64,000 nucleotides of DNA from a virus (IMGVR_UViG_2833096052_000002:102750-166749), one strand, 5' to 3'; shown: positions 41,376-51,647, numbered from the stretch's first letter. Notes: generated from the sequence alone by a model not told the origin. Numbers and translations: made by a program.

Positions 41376-41704
41376 AATTTTAAATTTCAAAGGATGGATA
41401 TTAAATGATAAGTGGAATTTTATATGGACTTTTATGTGGATGGATTCTTACATTATTTCATGTAGATGACATCTGTATAGAAGTTTTACAACCTTTTATT
41501 CCATTTGTATTGACTACAGCTCATTATTATTTTGTATTTGGCATTTGTGGTTTGATATACGGAATAATTCATAATGGTTAAATATTTAGGCTCTATACGT
41601 GTCACAGCGTATAGAGCTTTTCTTATGGAGAGTGATTACTACTACTCTCCTATTTTAGTGTAAAAATAGTGAAATTATAGTGAAAATTTTGGAGGTGATG
41701 ATAA

Positions 41705-42310
41705 ATGGGAAATAATCAAAGTTCATTTTATCAAGGATATATGAAAAAACTTCAAGAACGAGCAAAAAAGGCAGTAAAAGAAGCACAAGAAAAATCTTTT
41801 TCTGAATATTTTGATGTTGCTGAAAAGAAAATTAGAAACATATATGAAGATGTAATTACTGATTTTTATAATAGTTATCCAGATCCGTTCTATGATAGGC
41901 GTGGTAGTTTGTACAACTTGATTCAAACAAAAAAGTCTTATGATTATTTATCTATTTGGTTTGATCCTTCATTAATATCATACAGAAATGGATATGCAGG
42001 AGAAAATGGTCTTTATGATCAAGTGTTTAGACAAGGCTGGCATGGTGGCGCGAATATTAATGGAGAAATGTTAGTTCCTTGGACTGCTCCACCAGTTGAA
42101 TACGATGGCAACAAAACACCTTGGTCTTTCCCTAAACCTTGGAATAAAAGAGTTGGTATAAAACATGGTTGGAGACAAGCAGAAAAAGCCCCAATATCAC
42201 CACTTCAAGATTTTAAAAGAAGAATAGATCAATATCAAAAAACAGAATATCAAAAAGATTATGAAAATGTATGGAATAAATATAAATCAAATATAAAAAT
42301 AGACATATAG
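41705..42310 (+). CDS. Hypothetical tail-associated protein
   Basis: RBS; directly precedes the tape measure gene. Confidence 0.55.
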   Translation: MGNNQSSFYQGYMKKLQERAKKAVKEAQEKSFSEYFDVAEKKIRNIYEDVITDFYNSYPDPFYDRRGSLYNLIQTKKSYDYLSIWFDPSLISYRNGYAGENGLYDQVFRQGWHGGANINGEMLVPWTAPPVEYDGNKTPWSFPKPWNKRVGIKHGWRQAEKAPISPLQDFKRRIDQYQKTEYQKDYENVWNKYKSNIKIDI

Positions 42311-42320
42311 GAGGTATAGA

Positions 42321-45300
42321 ATGGCTGACGAAATAAAATTGAAAGCACCCACTGTCGAACAGCAAGTTGTTGTTAATATCAATGGTGAAGATAAATTAAA
42401 ATCATTTGCAGACACTCTTGATAAAATTTCTAATAATAAAAACCTTCAAAAATATTGGAAAACTCAACAAGATTTAATAAATGCTACTGCTGATGCTTAT
42501 GGTAATTTTCAAAAGAAAGCTTCTAAGGACAATGCTTCTGAGTTAATTAAGGTGACAAATGCGCTGAAGGCTATGTCTGGAACTGACTTATCCCATATTT
42601 TACCTGATTTTGACAAAATATCAAAGAGTATGGCTGAAGCCCAAAAGGTTGCAGGTGATATTGATAGTGCTTTTTCCGTAAAAGGATTTAAGGAAGCGTT
42701 TGATTCTTTTGAAGCATTAAAGGCGTATGGAACAGATATTCAAAAATTATTTAGTCATTTTGGTGTAAGTTCTGACATTGGTGAATTACAGCAAAATGTT
42801 CGCTTGTTAGAGGGTGAGGTAGAAAAACTCACTAGAAAATTAAGTAATGCAAGAAATGCCAATGAAGAGTTACGAAATGAATTTGAAAATTTTAAAGTTG
42901 GTTCTGGTTTTGCCGACAAATTAGATGAACTGGATAGATTAAAATTAGATATGCAAAACATTCGTAATGAAGCTATCCAGACATTTAATCAATTTTTAGA
43001 TGCAAATAAAATTGATAGATATGATTGGTTTAATGATGATCGATTTGCCGAATATTTTGAAAAATTAGAAAATGGTACTCTTACAGCTACAGATGCAATA
43101 AGACGATTTAAGTCAGAATATTCTTATCTTCTTGAAGAGAGTTATAAGTCAAGCGGAGATTCATTTGGACTAGATCAGTTACAAGCTTTTTCTACAAAAC
43201 TTGATTCAATTTTTTATCAAGTAGAGGAAACATCAAATAAAATTAATGACATTCTTTCTAATGGTGTAATCGCAAAGTCAGTACAAAATCTTAGTGAAGA
43301 CACTACTCTATCTGATTCTCAACGTTCTATATTCGGAAATATTCTTCAGGATGAAAAATCTCTCAAATCAATTACTGCTTTATTTCAGAAATTAATAGAT
43401 GAAACTAACCAGACTAAAAATACTGAAATTTGCAATACTGAGCAATTTGCAAAAATTGAATCACTATTTACAAACATTGAGTCAAGCTTATCTTCTATCA
43501 AAGGTGTCTTAGTTGATGTTGGCGATGGCGAAGAATTATCTCCACTTCTCAGTGAAATCAATAATATACAAACTGCAATTGTAGGATTATCTTCAAGTCT
43601 CAATAATCTTCATTTTAACATGAATATTGATATGGGAACAGATAATCAGATGGAAGCAAAGATCCAAGAAAAAGCTGCAAAAGCCCTCAATGCTTATGAA
43701 AAGCTTTTTAATGGATTAAAAATGTCTGGTTATGGTGGTGAAGTTGTCAATAACAAATTCTTTGATTTTGACATAAATAAATTTGACACAACAATTGGAA
43801 AAGTTAAAGCCTATAAAGATATAATCGAAAGATTAAGAAAAGAAGCCAAGGAATATTATGGTGGTACAGATTTATTACGAACTCAGACGGATGATAAATT
43901 ATGGCGTTCTGCTTCATCTGCTGGTGGTCAACTTACACAAGCAATAAATGAAACTGCTAAAAACAAGACTGATAATCCGTTGACTGAATTATTTGGAAAA
44001 ACCGATTTGTCTGGTGTTATTGAACAGTTAAATACCATTATTTCTAAGCTTGATGAGATTTCTGTATCTGCAAAAGGATTCACTGAGACATTTAAAAATG
44101 GTTTAAATGTAAATGCTTCTGTAGAGGAAATCGAAAAACTTACTAATAGAGTTAAAGAGTTAGAAGCTGAATTAGCAAAGATTAAAACTCCTGCTACCAC
44201 TATTCCGTCTGAGGACATGAAAGACGCATTTTCTAAGACCTCTGAAAACTTAGAACAGGTTGCACAATCTGAACAAAAAGTACAGCAAGAAGCTGTGGCA
44301 ACTGACAAGGCACTTGATAATATCAGTTTTACTCCTAATACAGAGGGTTTTGAAGATATAATTGCCAAGTTTGGAATACTTCGTGAGCAGGCAGAACAAA
44401 TTACAAAGATAGTTAAGACTACTAAGCAAACTGCCGATGGTACACCAAATATTTCGTATAAGGCAACATTGAGAAATGGTAGTTCTTATTATCTTGGTGA
44501 GAATAGTACACCACAAGTTTTAAATGCAAGTGAAACAGTATATGATGCAAAAGCAGATAACGCAAAGAAACTTGAGCGAGAAAAACAGATTTGGAACGAA
44601 CTTACGATTTCTCTTGAGAGATATGCTACTATTCAGAAAAGAATTGCAAGTAATAATGCTTTGAGTACAGATAATGAGGAAGCAATAAAACTTCTTGAGC
44701 ATATTCATGAATTACAGAGAAATGATATTCTTCCAACAGAGAAATTAACTGCTTCTAACGAAAAATTACAACAGATAAATCAAACTGTTACAGATTTAAA
44801 AGCGAAACTCAAAGAATCTACTCTTGATTCTTTACAAGGTTCTATTGATAAGTATCAGAAAGTCTATGATCAAAGAAAAACCTATTCTTCTGATTTTACT
44901 CCAAGTGAACAATATACCAAAAACTTAACTGAGCTAGATACAGCAATTGGAAATCTCGTAGAGTATAGAAACACATTAAAAAATGTTAGTGAAGTTACCG
45001 TAAAACAAGAGGCTGAATTAAAAGGATTGGTTATGGCATGTGAAAAAGCTTCTGATTCTTTTAAGTCACTTTCTGCCTCTGAAAAAGGTGCAAGCCAGAT
45101 TGCCATTGATAAATTAGTTCAGAGAATTAATAAGGATTTAGATGAGTGTACAAATTACTCTAAGGAAGCAAAACTTGGATTAAGAGCATTGCGAGATGAA
45201 TTAGAGTCTGCCAATCCAAGGAATCTGAAAGAGATTACATCTGAAATCATTAATATTGAAAATGCGGAAATCAGAGCTGGTCGTGCCGGTAGAAGTTTCT

Positions 45301-46505
45301 TTGACACTTTAAAGAATAGCGGATTCCATCAGATTGCTGCTCAGATGGCAGGTATGTTTGGACTTTATGATGCTATTAATATTGGTAAAGAAGGTTTTAA
45401 TGTTGTAAGAGAACTTAATACTGCTCTTACAGAAATGCGAAAAGTATCTGATGAGACTGTTCAAAGCTTGAAAGATTATCAAGTTACTACTTTCGATACG
45501 GCAGATGCGGTTGGTACAACTGCAAAACAGATACAAAATTCCACAGCAGATTGGATGCGTCTCGGAGAATCAATGAATCAAGCTGCGGAAAGTGCAAAGG
45601 ATGCAAATGTTCTTTTAAATGTATCAGAGTTTGAAGGAATAGACGAAGCAACGGAGTCTCTTGTATCAATGAGTCAGGCGTATAAAGATCTTGATAAAAT
45701 GGATATAATTGATGTTCTCAATAATATTGGCAACAATTATAGTATCTCGACAGATGGATTAGCAACTGCTCTTAAAGATTCCGCAAGTGCATTAGTAACT
45801 GCAAACAACGATCTTAATGAAGCTGTTTCGTTGACTACGGCTGGTAATGCTATAACTCAAGATCCATCTAAGGTAGGAGCAGGTTTAAGAACGATTTCTC
45901 TTAGATTGGTTGGTACAGAGGAAGCTAAACAGGAGCTTTCAGATTTAGGCGAAGAAACAGATGGAATGATTACTACTGTTTCTAAACTTAGAGATACAAT
46001 CATGGATGCAACCAAAGCTGCATCGTCAGATGGAAAGGGTTTTGATATTCTTGATTCTAATGGAAATTATAAAAGTACATATGAAATCATGCAAGGACTC
46101 GCAGATTTGTATGACAATATTGTAAAAAAAGATAAAGAACTAGGAACAAATAATCTTAATCTCTTACTGGAGACTATAGCTGGGAAAAATAGATCGAACA
46201 TTGCCGCAAGTATTCTTCAGAATGGAGATATGCTTCGTTCGGTGTATGAAGATGCTCAAAATTCAGAAGGATCAGCAGAAAAAGAATTAAACTCTTATCT
46301 TGATAGTATTGATGGCAAAATGGCACAGTTGGAGAATCGTGCCCAGGAGTTCTGGTTTAAAATAATTGACTCCGAAACTATCAAGAATGGAATTGATTTA
46401 TTATCTACACTTATTAAAGGTGCTACTGATTTTGTAGATACAGTTGGATTGTTACCAACTGTTCTTGCAGGAATTAGTACAGCACTATCATTTAAAAATG
46501 TCGGT
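42321..46505 (+). CDS. Tape measure protein, exon 1 (1395 codons, ends ...SFKNVG)
   Basis: Coiled-coil N-terminus and TMP core (ELNTALTEMRKV...GAGLRTISLRL...GSAEKE); the ORF runs 28 codons into the intron. Confidence 0.85.
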
Positions 46506-46860
46506 GGGAATAAAATGCATTTCCCGATGAATATACTCGACAACATACATAATTTACTTTGGATACAAAGGTTTAGAGTATGTTATCCGTGAGATACACG
46601 GTGATAAACACCCTATAACGTCTGAATAGACTTGTATGCCATAAACATACAACTGGGAATTACGTAAAACTCACACTACTCTCCTATTTTGGTAACAAAT
46701 TAGGCTATAGTGACAATGTGTGAACTCGTATGGTCAGGTCGGAAGCTTCCTTATTATAAGGAATAACCGCCACAGTAATGCTATGGGTGAGATTCAGTAT
46801 ATGAAATGATACTGATGAGAATAGACATTCGGTGCTATTATGGATCGTAGCCATAAAATT
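46506..46860 (+). ncRNA. Ribozyme core of the intron
   Basis: P3 CACCCTATA 46609 / TATGGGTG 46782; P7 CAGTAATG 46773 / CATTCG 46826; P8 TCAGTAT 46794 / ATACTGA 46809; P9 TATGG/CCATA. Confidence 0.65.
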
Positions 46861-46963
46861 ATGAGTTAGGAACTTATCTCCTACTTCTACGTTAAGTTTG
46901 AACCAACTGTTCCTTGGTAGATAAGATGGAACAAAAAAAGAGAATAATAAAATAGGAACTGCT

Positions 46964-47191
46964 CTACTCAGTCCCTACTTCATTTTGCTCGTGCAAATCA
47001 ACCTCTAAAGAGGTGTCATCGTATTGAGCTTTTATGCTAACTTCTTTATATTCACAAATTTTATCTGTAATGTGTTGGATTGTATTGCACACAAAGTATA
47101 CAGACGTTCCAAGCAGAGCACACACAGAGATAACTGCAATAAGTTTATATAAAGAGTTACACTTAACAGCATATTTAATCATCTTACTCAT
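46964..47191 (-). CDS. Small single-TM protein (intron cargo)
   Basis: AGGAGG RBS before ATG 47191; hydrophobic segment LIAVISVCALLGTSVYFV. Confidence 0.55.
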   Translation of the reverse strand: MSKMIKYAVKCNSLYKLIAVISVCALLGTSVYFVCNTIQHITDKICEYKEVSIKAQYDDTSLEVDLHEQNEVGTE

Positions 47192-47580
47192 AACAGTCAC
47201 CTCCTATCATTGTCTTTGTTTTGAACATCGTACTATTGATAGGTTGGTGTTTGTTTGAGGAACACCTTTTAAAAATGGAAGTGACCGTATTTTCATTTGA
47301 AGCTGTAAGTATATTATATATCATATTGGAATATTCTGGTAGAGAGAACATATATTCCAAGAAATCTCGATTTCAATTAAAAAATAAAAATGACACTACT
47401 CTATTTTGAGCAATGCCATTTTGTAGGGAATATATCTTGCTTGATATAAACATATCATAGCACATATTCTGTTATTTGCAAATACTTTTTCTGTTTCAAA
47501 CAGAGAATAATAAAATAGAGAGTAGAACACTCTACTCTCTTCTATATAAAATGATATAATATTCCCACCAGATTTTCTAA

Positions 47581-47661
47581 CTACGCACAAAGCTTAATGA
47601 CAATAATTAAAGCCATTACTGCAATGATAAAACCAGCGTTCACTTTTATCTTACATTTCAT
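47581..47661 (-). CDS. 26-aa hydrophobic peptide (intron cargo)
   Basis: AAAGGAGG RBS before ATG 47661; MKCKIKVNAGFIIAVMALIIVIKLCA. Confidence 0.5.
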   Translation of the reverse strand: MKCKIKVNAGFIIAVMALIIVIKLCA

Positions 47662-47972
47662 GGTAATTGTCCTCCTTTCATGTTTATAGACTTCTACGAA
47701 ATCCGCATTGAAAGGCATAATGCTCAAGCTAGTGCCCGATGCAACGACCATATAGTTATACTCATCTGGCTCTCCAACACTTATCTTTTGGATAAGTATT
47801 CCACCCAAGAATATTATATCACTGTTTTTTCAAGTGTAAATCCAAAACATATGTTTTGTCGATCTATGTAATACGAAAAATAATTAAAATTTTTCAAAAA
47901 TCTTTACAAAAAAATTCATTTGTGTTATCTTCAAAATAGTAAAAATTTTCAATTTTTGAAGGAGGTAACACG

Positions 47973-48950
47973 ATGAAAGTTTCAAGAGAAAATTGTCCAG
48001 TTAAGCCATTAATAGGAAAAATGAAACGAGAGAAAATTGTATTAAAGCACAAATTGCAAAGAAGAGAATCTGTTTGGTCTAATCCAAACAAATCATTGCT
48101 TATTGACTCTCTTTTAAGAGGATATATTGTACCACCAGTTTATACTATTTCTGAAGATGGTGTACAATATGTTATTGATGGTGTACAGCGATTAAGCACG
48201 TTAAAAGGATTCTATAATGATGAGTTTGCAATATCTAAAAAGGCAGAACCAGTTATAATTGAAGGAACTGAATATAGCATTGCAGGATTGAAATTTAGCA
48301 AACTTGACCAAGTTGTAAAGGACGAGTTGGACAGTTCTGCTATCACAGTATATGAAATTACGGAATATACAGACAAAGATGTAAGAGAAATGTTCCGAAG
48401 GCTCAATTCAGGAAAACCTCTGAATACTTCACAGAAGCTTACACCTGATATGTCGGATGAACTCAGTAATGCTATCTTTGATATTGTCTCTCTTCCATTT
48501 TTTGAAAAGAGACTGACATCTGCTCAGTTGAAGAGTTCAGTCGATCAGAGTATTGCACTTGAAACACTGATGCTCTGCTCCACTAATAAAGATAACGATT
48601 TTGCTTCATTTAGAGGTAAGGATAAAGAGAATTTTATCGAATTCTATAATGACAAAGTTGAACCTGAAAAGATTGAAATCATCAAAACCGCAATCAATAA
48701 ACTTGATGAATCTCTTGAAGAAGATGTAAAAATTCCAAAGACAAGTATTTCTGTATTGTGTTTTGCAGCATATAGAATTTGTAAAGACAAAAAGAGCTTT
48801 GAGAAATTTGCTTTGAAAGTAAGTGAATTCTTGACAACATACAACGATAATACTGAATACAAGAATAATCTTATGAATGGTACTAATTCTGCCGAGTCTG
48901 TCAGATTTAGATTGGATTATTGGAGAGAAATTTTAAAAACATTACAGTAA
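47973..48950 (+). CDS. DUF262-domain protein (ParB/Srx-like) (intron cargo)
   Basis: QR..VW...KSLLIDSLLRGYIVPPVY...VIDGVQRLSTL...F.RLNSG.PL. Confidence 0.85.
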   Translation: MKVSRENCPVKPLIGKMKREKIVLKHKLQRRESVWSNPNKSLLIDSLLRGYIVPPVYTISEDGVQYVIDGVQRLSTLKGFYNDEFAISKKAEPVIIEGTEYSIAGLKFSKLDQVVKDELDSSAITVYEITEYTDKDVREMFRRLNSGKPLNTSQKLTPDMSDELSNAIFDIVSLPFFEKRLTSAQLKSSVDQSIALETLMLCSTNKDNDFASFRGKDKENFIEFYNDKVEPEKIEIIKTAINKLDESLEEDVKIPKTSISVLCFAAYRICKDKKSFEKFALKVSEFLTTYNDNTEYKNNLMNGTNSAESVRFRLDYWREILKTLQ

Positions 48951-49101
48951 ATATTTAAAGAGTAGTCGGTTGGCTACTCTTCTTTCATATTTACAATATT
49001 CCTTCGAATATATGTTTTCTATAGATTTATGGTAAAAATTGGTATATAATAATACAAAGGTCATAGATGACATATAGTTTTAACTAAATAAAGGGATAAG
49101 C

Positions 49102-49443
49102 ATGTCAAAAAGAACAAATAATGGGAAACTAAAAAGCCTAAAGGACAAACATGATAAGAAAATTTCAGAAATTGCAGAACTTGAAAAGAACATTGTTAAT
49201 CAAGTTTTTGATAATTATATAGATCCAGAAGCTCAAAAAGAATTGTTGAACGATGCAAAGACTTTTCACTATTCTGAGACAAAAATATCAAATGTCCAAA
49301 AGGTATTTGAAAATTTTAATACGGACACTATCGAATATAATGTTGCTGTTGATATTATAGATATGGAAACACATATACAGCAACATAAAAAAGAAGGGCT
49401 GTTCTCCAGAATTGCCAATGTTGTAATGCCAGAAGACGACTAA
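49102..49443 (+). CDS. Hypothetical protein (intron cargo)
   Basis: 113-aa ORF with RBS. Confidence 0.65.
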   Translation: MSKRTNNGKLKSLKDKHDKKISEIAELEKNIVNQVFDNYIDPEAQKELLNDAKTFHYSETKISNVQKVFENFNTDTIEYNVAVDIIDMETHIQQHKKEGLFSRIANVVMPEDD

Positions 49444-49480
49444 CAAAAGCATAACAAGACATCAGCAAGAGGGAACATAT

Positions 49481-49804
49481 ATGAATGAATTAAATATCTA
49501 TAAAAAATTTAACTATAATAAATTATTAAAAATTTCTAATTTATATTTTAATACAAACTACAAATGGTATAATAAAAAAACGGTCTTTGCTCCTGAAAGG
49601 GGGCGATATACCGTTTCAATAAGTAGGTATAATGTTAGAATTTGTTATTGGAATGATACTTCTACCGAATTTGAAAAAGATTATTCTTTAATAAAAAAAT
49701 ACCTATTTGAAATTCTTGAAAATCAAAAAACAAATATTATTTGTTTAGGTGAATGTAATATTTTAGACAACTTTACTTTTATAAATAAAATACAATTAGG
49801 ATGA
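49481..49804 (+). CDS. Hypothetical protein (intron cargo)
   Basis: 107-aa very AT-rich ORF. Confidence 0.55.
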   Translation: MNELNIYKKFNYNKLLKISNLYFNTNYKWYNKKTVFAPERGRYTVSISRYNVRICYWNDTSTEFEKDYSLIKKYLFEILENQKTNIICLGECNILDNFTFINKIQLG

Positions 49805-49813
49805 GGTTGAGAA

Positions 49814-50224
49814 ATGAGTATACTTAGTAATGTAGAGAATACATTTGCGGAAAAAGGAATAAAATATTTGAAAGGAAATAATTCGAATTCTAATATCTTA
49901 AATGTCCCATATAGAGGTATTAATAATGAAAGTAATCATATTAATATTTATATGGATATAGATGAAGAGCAACAAGTAATAAAATTTACTTTTGAAGGAA
50001 AAGCGAATAATAATCATGAAATTTCTGATATTAAGTCAAAATTACTAGATATAAATGCTACATTAAATTTTGGAAATTTGTCAATGCGGAATGATAGTGA
50101 CACCATAGAATATCGAATTGATTACAAAGTTGAGGAAGACTCTTTTTCGTTTGATGAATACAACAAAAATATAATTCGTTGTATTAATGTTTATGAAAAT
50201 CTTAAGGAAAATGATTTGATCTAA
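49814..50224 (+). CDS. YbjN/T3SS-chaperone-fold-like protein (intron cargo)
   Basis: KLLDINATLNFGNLSMRND..IEYRIDY pattern; fold call is an inference. Confidence 0.55.
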   Translation: MSILSNVENTFAEKGIKYLKGNNSNSNILNVPYRGINNESNHINIYMDIDEEQQVIKFTFEGKANNNHEISDIKSKLLDINATLNFGNLSMRNDSDTIEYRIDYKVEEDSFSFDEYNKNIIRCINVYENLKENDLI

Positions 50225-50225
50225 T

Positions 50226-50642
50226 ATGCCAGACAATAACAATTCAAGTAAAGACAATTTTATGTACTACCTTTTTCAATTGGTTGTATGGGTTATTATG
50301 CTAATATTGATTTTATTAAGAATTTTTACATACAAAACTATATCAAACAATTGGATTTGGATTATTAATTATGCTGGAATGTCAATAGCATTCATAAATA
50401 TTTTAGTAAATAAATGTTTTAACTTAAAGGAAAAGAAAAGTAAAAAATATAAACCTTTTGTTGGATTTACTGTAGTATTGGTAGTTATAACATGTATATT
50501 GGCGATTCCTGTATGTTTATTACAAAGTAATCAATATTCTCAGTCATTAAATGATATTATTACATTATTGGCATTGTTCTTTAGTTTATCTAATGATATA
50601 TGGAATCGGATTCTTAATTTTTTTGCAAATATAATAAAGTAA
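50226..50642 (+). CDS. Four-TM membrane protein (intron cargo)
   Basis: Four hydrophobic segments. Confidence 0.7.
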   Translation: MPDNNNSSKDNFMYYLFQLVVWVIMLILILLRIFTYKTISNNWIWIINYAGMSIAFINILVNKCFNLKEKKSKKYKPFVGFTVVLVVITCILAIPVCLLQSNQYSQSLNDIITLLALFFSLSNDIWNRILNFFANIIK

Positions 50643-50669
50643 AGAGCAGGATTAATCTCCTGCTCTTTT
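50641..50669. terminator. Bidirectional intrinsic terminator between convergent cargo units
   Basis: AAAGAGCAGGA-TTAATC-TCCTGCTCTTTT. Confidence 0.75.
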
Positions 50670-50871
50670 AATATTCTCACTACTCTTCCATCCTATTTAA
50701 ATTTTGAAACGCTCTATCAAATTCATCACATATTATCATTTTTACAGCAGAATATACAATCAAGTCTTTTTCATTGTCGGTAAGTGTTCTGATGTAATTT
50801 TTTAGTTCTTCATCATTCATGTTTCTCATTAAAAATATTTTGTCTGTTAATTTTGACATATTGGTATTCTC

Positions 50872-51207
50872 TTATTCTTCTGATTTACCCAATTCTTCTT
50901 CCATTTTATCAAAATCTAATCCATATCTCTTTTCAAGTTCGTTAAGTATATTATATATACCTTTACCAATGAATAAATGATTAGATCCGAATACATACTT
51001 CATAGTATGAATTTCTGATGGAGAAATTGAAGTAATAGAGCCACGGTATGTTCTCATATTTTCTTTTTGATATACTTTTACAGGATATCTATATCCAAGA
51101 CCTTCGATTCCTGTATAACCATCATACGAATTTGGATTATAACACTCTCTTCCAACTTCATATTCAAGTTTGGCTATTAGTGATGCAATGTTCTGGGTAT
51201 TTTTCAT
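50872..51207 (-). CDS. Hypothetical protein (intron cargo)
   Basis: GGGAGG RBS, 111 aa. Confidence 0.7.
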   Translation of the reverse strand: MKNTQNIASLIAKLEYEVGRECYNPNSYDGYTGIEGLGYRYPVKVYQKENMRTYRGSITSISPSEIHTMKYVFGSNHLFIGKGIYNILNELEKRYGLDFDKMEEELGKSEE

Positions 51208-51222
51208 TGGTGTTACCTCCCT

Positions 51223-51580
51223 TTAAAAATCTGAATTGCATGAATTACAGTGCCACTGCTTACCTATCTTCTTACTTGCTAATCCGAACATAGCAGTTGA
51301 AGTCATGCGACTTACTGTACCAATTTTTGATGTATTGGTTGAATGACAGTATGGACACTCGACTTTTGGTTTTGATAAAGGAAAATTCGGATCTTCCATT
51401 GGATTATATTTTGGTTGATTTTTACGTTGTTCAGCTAATTCTGTATCGCAATCAACATTATCTATAAAATTTAATCTTCCACCACACTTCAAACAAAATT
51501 TACTATACGGTTTAGATGATTCAAAAAAATAAATTTTTCCACATTGTTTGCATTCTAACATATCTTTGTTAATTATCATG
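51223..51580 (-). CDS. Multi-Zn-ribbon protein (intron cargo)
   Basis: CKQC, CLKC, CPYC, CNSC; AGGAGGG RBS before ATG 51580. Confidence 0.75.
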
Positions 51581-51604
51581 TAATTACCCTCCTGATTATT
51601 ATTT

Positions 51605-51633
51605 ATTATACTCTTCAAACAAGTATAAAGCAA
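51605..51633 (-). promoter_or_regulatory. sigmaA promoter antisense to the tape measure transcript, 14 nt from the 3' splice site
   Basis: Minus strand TTGCTT-17 nt-TATAAT. Confidence 0.65.
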
Positions 51634-51647
51634 TTAAAAATAGTACG

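Larger units (their letters stand above)
46506..51647 (+). mobile_element. Putative giant group I-like intron (5,142 nt) with accessory gene cargo
   Basis: IGS 46528-46542 complementary to the ligated junction; P3, P7, P8 and P9.0 pairings; terminal G; removal restores the frame. Confidence 0.78.

Noticed and set aside
28404-46546. Numerous short antisense and overlapping ORFs in the track
   Set aside because: Shadows of long plus-strand genes, with no RBS and low-complexity translations
46506-46592. Last 28 codons of the 1423-aa ORF as real protein
   Set aside because: They overlap the P1/IGS hairpins and lose tape-measure character after FKNVG; best read as run-on into the intron
46731-46750. 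SRP RNA-like GGTCAGGTCGGAAG
   Set aside because: The AGCAG partner strand is missing; fits the P4/P6 strand of the intron
46812-46845. Hammerhead ribozyme (CTGATGA)
   Set aside because: No GAAA after the following stem; the bases are explained by P8 and J8/7
46506-51647. Group II intron or retroelement
   Set aside because: No GUGYG start, no AY end, no domain V and no reverse transcriptase
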